DNA from: a virus
Taxonomy: Duplodnaviria; Heunggongvirae; Uroviricota; Caudoviricetes
DNA length: 64,000 bases
IMG/VR virus record: IMGVR_UViG_3300025838_000019
Location: 102,640-166,639 of that record
Direction: 5' to 3' (one strand)
The notes under the pieces are model-generated. The model did no database searches and had not been told where the DNA came from. It was given only the letters and a program-made list of their open reading frames with translations. Within the stretch, counting starts at the first letter, position 1. Each line of letters starts with the position of its first letter. The position numbers and the translations under genes are program-made. This document shows positions 61,562 through 64,000 of the stretch, one piece after another.

Positions 61562-61590
61562 TTGCCAACCACCCTGTTTTGTGATACAAT
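61562..61590 (+). promoter_or_regulatory. Sigma70-like promoter TTGCCA-N17-TGTGATACAAT
   Basis: Same extended -10 as promoters at 4229 and 43555; precedes AAA+ ATPase gene. Confidence 0.5.
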
Positions 61591-61614
61591 TTGTTTTTTA
61601 TTATGGAGTTGTGA

Positions 61615-62748
61615 ATGTTAAATCGTAACCAAGTTGTGTTTGTTGAAGCTGCTCAAGAAATTTTTGGCGTTGGTGCCATTCTTACTCGTGACGGTATTCA
61701 GCATGTGTGTGAAGAAAAGAATGTGAGTTTTCCTTATTGGTTGACCACTAAATCAGAGTACCGTTATGACCGTGGTCAATACAAATTGCCAGTTATCAGT
61801 GCAGCAGTTGCCGAAGAAGAGCCAATGACAGTTGATATGTCAGCTCAAGTCTTGCAGTTGAAACAACCTAAACTGGTTGATGATTCTGATGTTTCAATTC
61901 CCACAAAATATCCCGATTATGTACCCTTTGGATTTTATAAAGACCTCACCAATATTATTAATTCTGGTCAATTTTATCCTGTATTCATTACTGGCCTATC
62001 TGGTAACGGTAAGACCCTCATGGTTGAACAAGTTTGTGCCACACTTGGCCGTGAATGTATCCGTGTTAATATCTCGATTGAAACTGATGAGAGCGATTTG
62101 CTCGGTGGTCCTACTCTTGTTAATGGTAACGTGGTTAACCGTGACGGTCCTGTTTTACAGGCAATGAAACGTGGCGCCGTGTTGTTGATTGACGAAGTTG
62201 ACCGTGGTTCTAATAAGTTGATGTGTTTGCAAGGTATCTTAGAAGGCAAACCATACTACAACAAAAAATCTGGTGAAATGGTTTATCCTACCAATGGTTT
62301 CACCGTGATTGCTACTGCTAACACCAAAGGTCGTGGTAGTGAAGAAGGCAAGTACCTGTCACAAATTCTTGATGATGCGTTCCTTGAGCGTTTCCCAATT
62401 ACTGTTGAACAGGAATATCCTGATGCCAAAACAGAGAAAAAGATTCTCACACCATTGATCGATGATTCCGAATTCGTTGACCTGTTGGTTAAATGGGCTG
62501 ACATTGTACGACAATCAGCCGACCAAGGCGCCATCGATGAGATTATTTCTACTCGCCGTTTGGTCCACATTGCCAAAGCATACAAGATTTTCAAGAATCG
62601 TATGAAAGCCATTGAGCTGTGTGTCAATCGTTTTGATGCTGATACAAAAACAGCGTTTCTTGACCTGTACGCTAAATGTGATGTGAAGGTTGAAGCTGCA
62701 CCTGTTGCTACTCCTGTACCACCAACTAACGAAGAAGTTCCATTCTAA
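61615..62748 (+). CDS. MoxR/CobS-like AAA+ ATPase (377 aa)
   Basis: Walker A GLSGNGKT, Walker B LLIDEVDRG, VIATANT sensor region; architecture of CbbQ/NorQ/CobS-type ATPases. Confidence 0.7.
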   Translation: MLNRNQVVFVEAAQEIFGVGAILTRDGIQHVCEEKNVSFPYWLTTKSEYRYDRGQYKLPVISAAVAEEEPMTVDMSAQVLQLKQPKLVDDSDVSIPTKYPDYVPFGFYKDLTNIINSGQFYPVFITGLSGNGKTLMVEQVCATLGRECIRVNISIETDESDLLGGPTLVNGNVVNRDGPVLQAMKRGAVLLIDEVDRGSNKLMCLQGILEGKPYYNKKSGEMVYPTNGFTVIATANTKGRGSEEGKYLSQILDDAFLERFPITVEQEYPDAKTEKKILTPLIDDSEFVDLLVKWADIVRQSADQGAIDEIISTRRLVHIAKAYKIFKNRMKAIELCVNRFDADTKTAFLDLYAKCDVKVEAAPVATPVPPTNEEVPF

Positions 62749-62767
62749 TTGAATACCACAAATTCGG

Positions 62768-62796
62768 TTGACAACTGGCTGAATTTGTGGTACAAT
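62768..62796 (+). promoter_or_regulatory. Sigma70-like promoter TTGACA-N17-TGGTACAAT
   Basis: Upstream of ATG 62834. Confidence 0.5.
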
Positions 62797-62833
62797 GTGA
62801 CAGTTGTATCTCTCTTTAATAAAGGAATATATT

Positions 62834-63157
62834 ATGACAGTCGTTCGCAAAGGTAAACAAAATCGTCACGAGAAAATCACCCAAGTTTTGTTGAGTGGTA
62901 AACCCGTATCACCCGAAGAAATTCAAGCCGTGTTCAAAGGCACGGATCAAGCAGCGGTGTTATATCGTTTGTCTACCAATATCTACAATATTCGCCTTGA
63001 TGGTGGTATCGTGAAGGTTATCAAAGATGGCCGCAAAGTCAAAGCATATCAATTGGTGAATTACACTGAGTTCAATGCTGAAGGTCGTTATGTTGGTCCA
63101 CAAACAGCTGTTGCACAACCTGCAACCGTTGAAACAAAAGAAGTTGAAGTAGCATGA
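62834..63157 (+). CDS. Hypothetical protein (107 aa)
   Basis: AAAGGAA RBS before ATG 62834. Confidence 0.45.
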   Translation: MTVVRKGKQNRHEKITQVLLSGKPVSPEEIQAVFKGTDQAAVLYRLSTNIYNIRLDGGIVKVIKDGRKVKAYQLVNYTEFNAEGRYVGPQTAVAQPATVETKEVEVA

Positions 63158-63360
63158 ATAAACTGATGGTTTTTATTGGCCTTATTGGCTTTGTTGTCAT
63201 TACTGGCCTATTCTTGTCTCTGCCAATTTACTTTCTATGGAATGCCTGTTTAGTTCCTGCTATTGATGGTGTCCGTGAGATTAGTTGGTTGCAAGCATGG
63301 GGTTTGCTTGTATTGTTCCGTGGTTTTACTGAAGTAAAGGTAACAACAAAAAATGCATGA
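63154..63360 (+). CDS. Small membrane protein (68 aa)
   Basis: LMVFIGLIGFVVITGLFLSLPIYFLW. Confidence 0.4.
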   Translation: MNKLMVFIGLIGFVVITGLFLSLPIYFLWNACLVPAIDGVREISWLQAWGLLVLFRGFTEVKVTTKNA

Positions 63361-63592
63361 TAGTAATTTTGTTGATGATGAATTTGGTTCCGAATGGAAA
63401 CCAGATTTGTATGAGTGTCCTAAATGCAAGACACAGTTGTGGTTCCAACTGAACGATGGTTGGGTTGAATCACCAGTTACACAACGGAATAATCCAATGT
63501 GTCCTAACTGTTGGGATGGTTTCTTGCAAGGTCTTGGTTTTGAAATGACAAAGGTGAAAGACAATGGGCAAACTGAAAGCCAAAATAATTGA
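63353..63592 (+). CDS. Zinc-ribbon protein (79 aa)
   Basis: CPKC...CPNC. Confidence 0.4.
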   Translation: MHDSNFVDDEFGSEWKPDLYECPKCKTQLWFQLNDGWVESPVTQRNNPMCPNCWDGFLQGLGFEMTKVKDNGQTESQNN

Positions 63593-63720
63593 TGTACAGG
63601 AATATTTCCTCAACGGTTACGATGTTGATGATATTCCGTATTTGACAGACCTCACATTGGCTGAGGTCGAACAAATTTTAAAAGATTTCGGTGTAGCCGA
63701 AGAAGATATGCGAGCACATA

Positions 63721-63954
63721 ATGAATCCATTTGATGAACGATTGACCGAGTTGGCGTACAAGGTCGATAAAATGATTGAAGAACTTTCTCGTGAGTATGA
63801 TATCGATGTGCTGACACTTTCTAGTGTTGTTGCTGGTCGATTTGCTCGCATTAGCATTGACTTGAATCAAGGCGAACATTATATTCGTTTGATGAAAGCC
63901 ACAACCGAACACACACAAAATTATATCAATAAAACTCCTGTTGTAGCACACTAA
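63721..63954 (+). CDS. Hypothetical protein (77 aa)
   Basis: ORF. Confidence 0.4.
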   Translation: MNPFDERLTELAYKVDKMIEELSREYDIDVLTLSSVVAGRFARISIDLNQGEHYIRLMKATTEHTQNYINKTPVVAH

Positions 63955-64000
63955 CATGTCACAATTCACCGAAGATGAACAACATAAAATTTTGTTGGTA

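Overview
The window is AT-rich (about 38-40% GC by eye), gene-dense, almost entirely plus-strand, and looks like a T4-like (Tevenvirinae-related) myovirus genome segment. Main blocks, in order: (i) 1-4560, a tRNA array of 21 tRNAs interleaved with a metallophosphoesterase, a YkuK/DUF458-like gene and about ten non-tRNA spacer modules, each closed by a perfect terminal stem; (ii) 4585-6330, a vWA protein with plausible TROVE (Ro60/Rsr-like) N-terminal region, then a terminator and two more tRNAs (Gly-TCC, initiator-like CAT); (iii) 6341-16640, GroES-like cochaperonin, family-B DNA polymerase (T4 gp43-like), UvsX recombinase and gp41-type helicase; (iv) 16646-21728, a glycosylation/NDP-sugar cluster (GT2, GT4, fused HAD-mutase/sugar-1-P nucleotidyltransferase, GDPD-like phosphodiesterase); (v) 21776-29264, five large, highly charged (His-, Lys/Glu-rich) low-complexity proteins, one of which carries HxGH-nucleotidyltransferase and P-loop kinase domains; (vi) 30591-33307, a lysis cassette (i-spanin, o-spanin lipoprotein, GH19 endolysin) plus small membrane and secreted proteins; (vii) 33323-41795, gp61-like primase, ThyX, MazG, class I RNR NrdA, a Trx-motif protein and NrdB, a GIY-YIG endonuclease, T4-type RNase H and a TagD-like protein with a substituted HxGH motif; (viii) 42024-47019 and 61615-62748, a vWA/HExxH protein and a MoxR/CobS-like AAA+ ATPase at separate loci; (ix) 47267-64000, an early-type region of about 50 small ORFs behind repeated sigma70-like promoters (TTGACA-N17-TGnTACAAT), including a tandem paralog family ending in HFGVEE and several zinc-ribbon proteins; (x) 49519-51549, a higher-GC minus-strand island with a triplicated promoter/operator repeat. 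No CRISPR array, rRNA or integrase was seen. All calls are by eye from motifs, with no database searches run.
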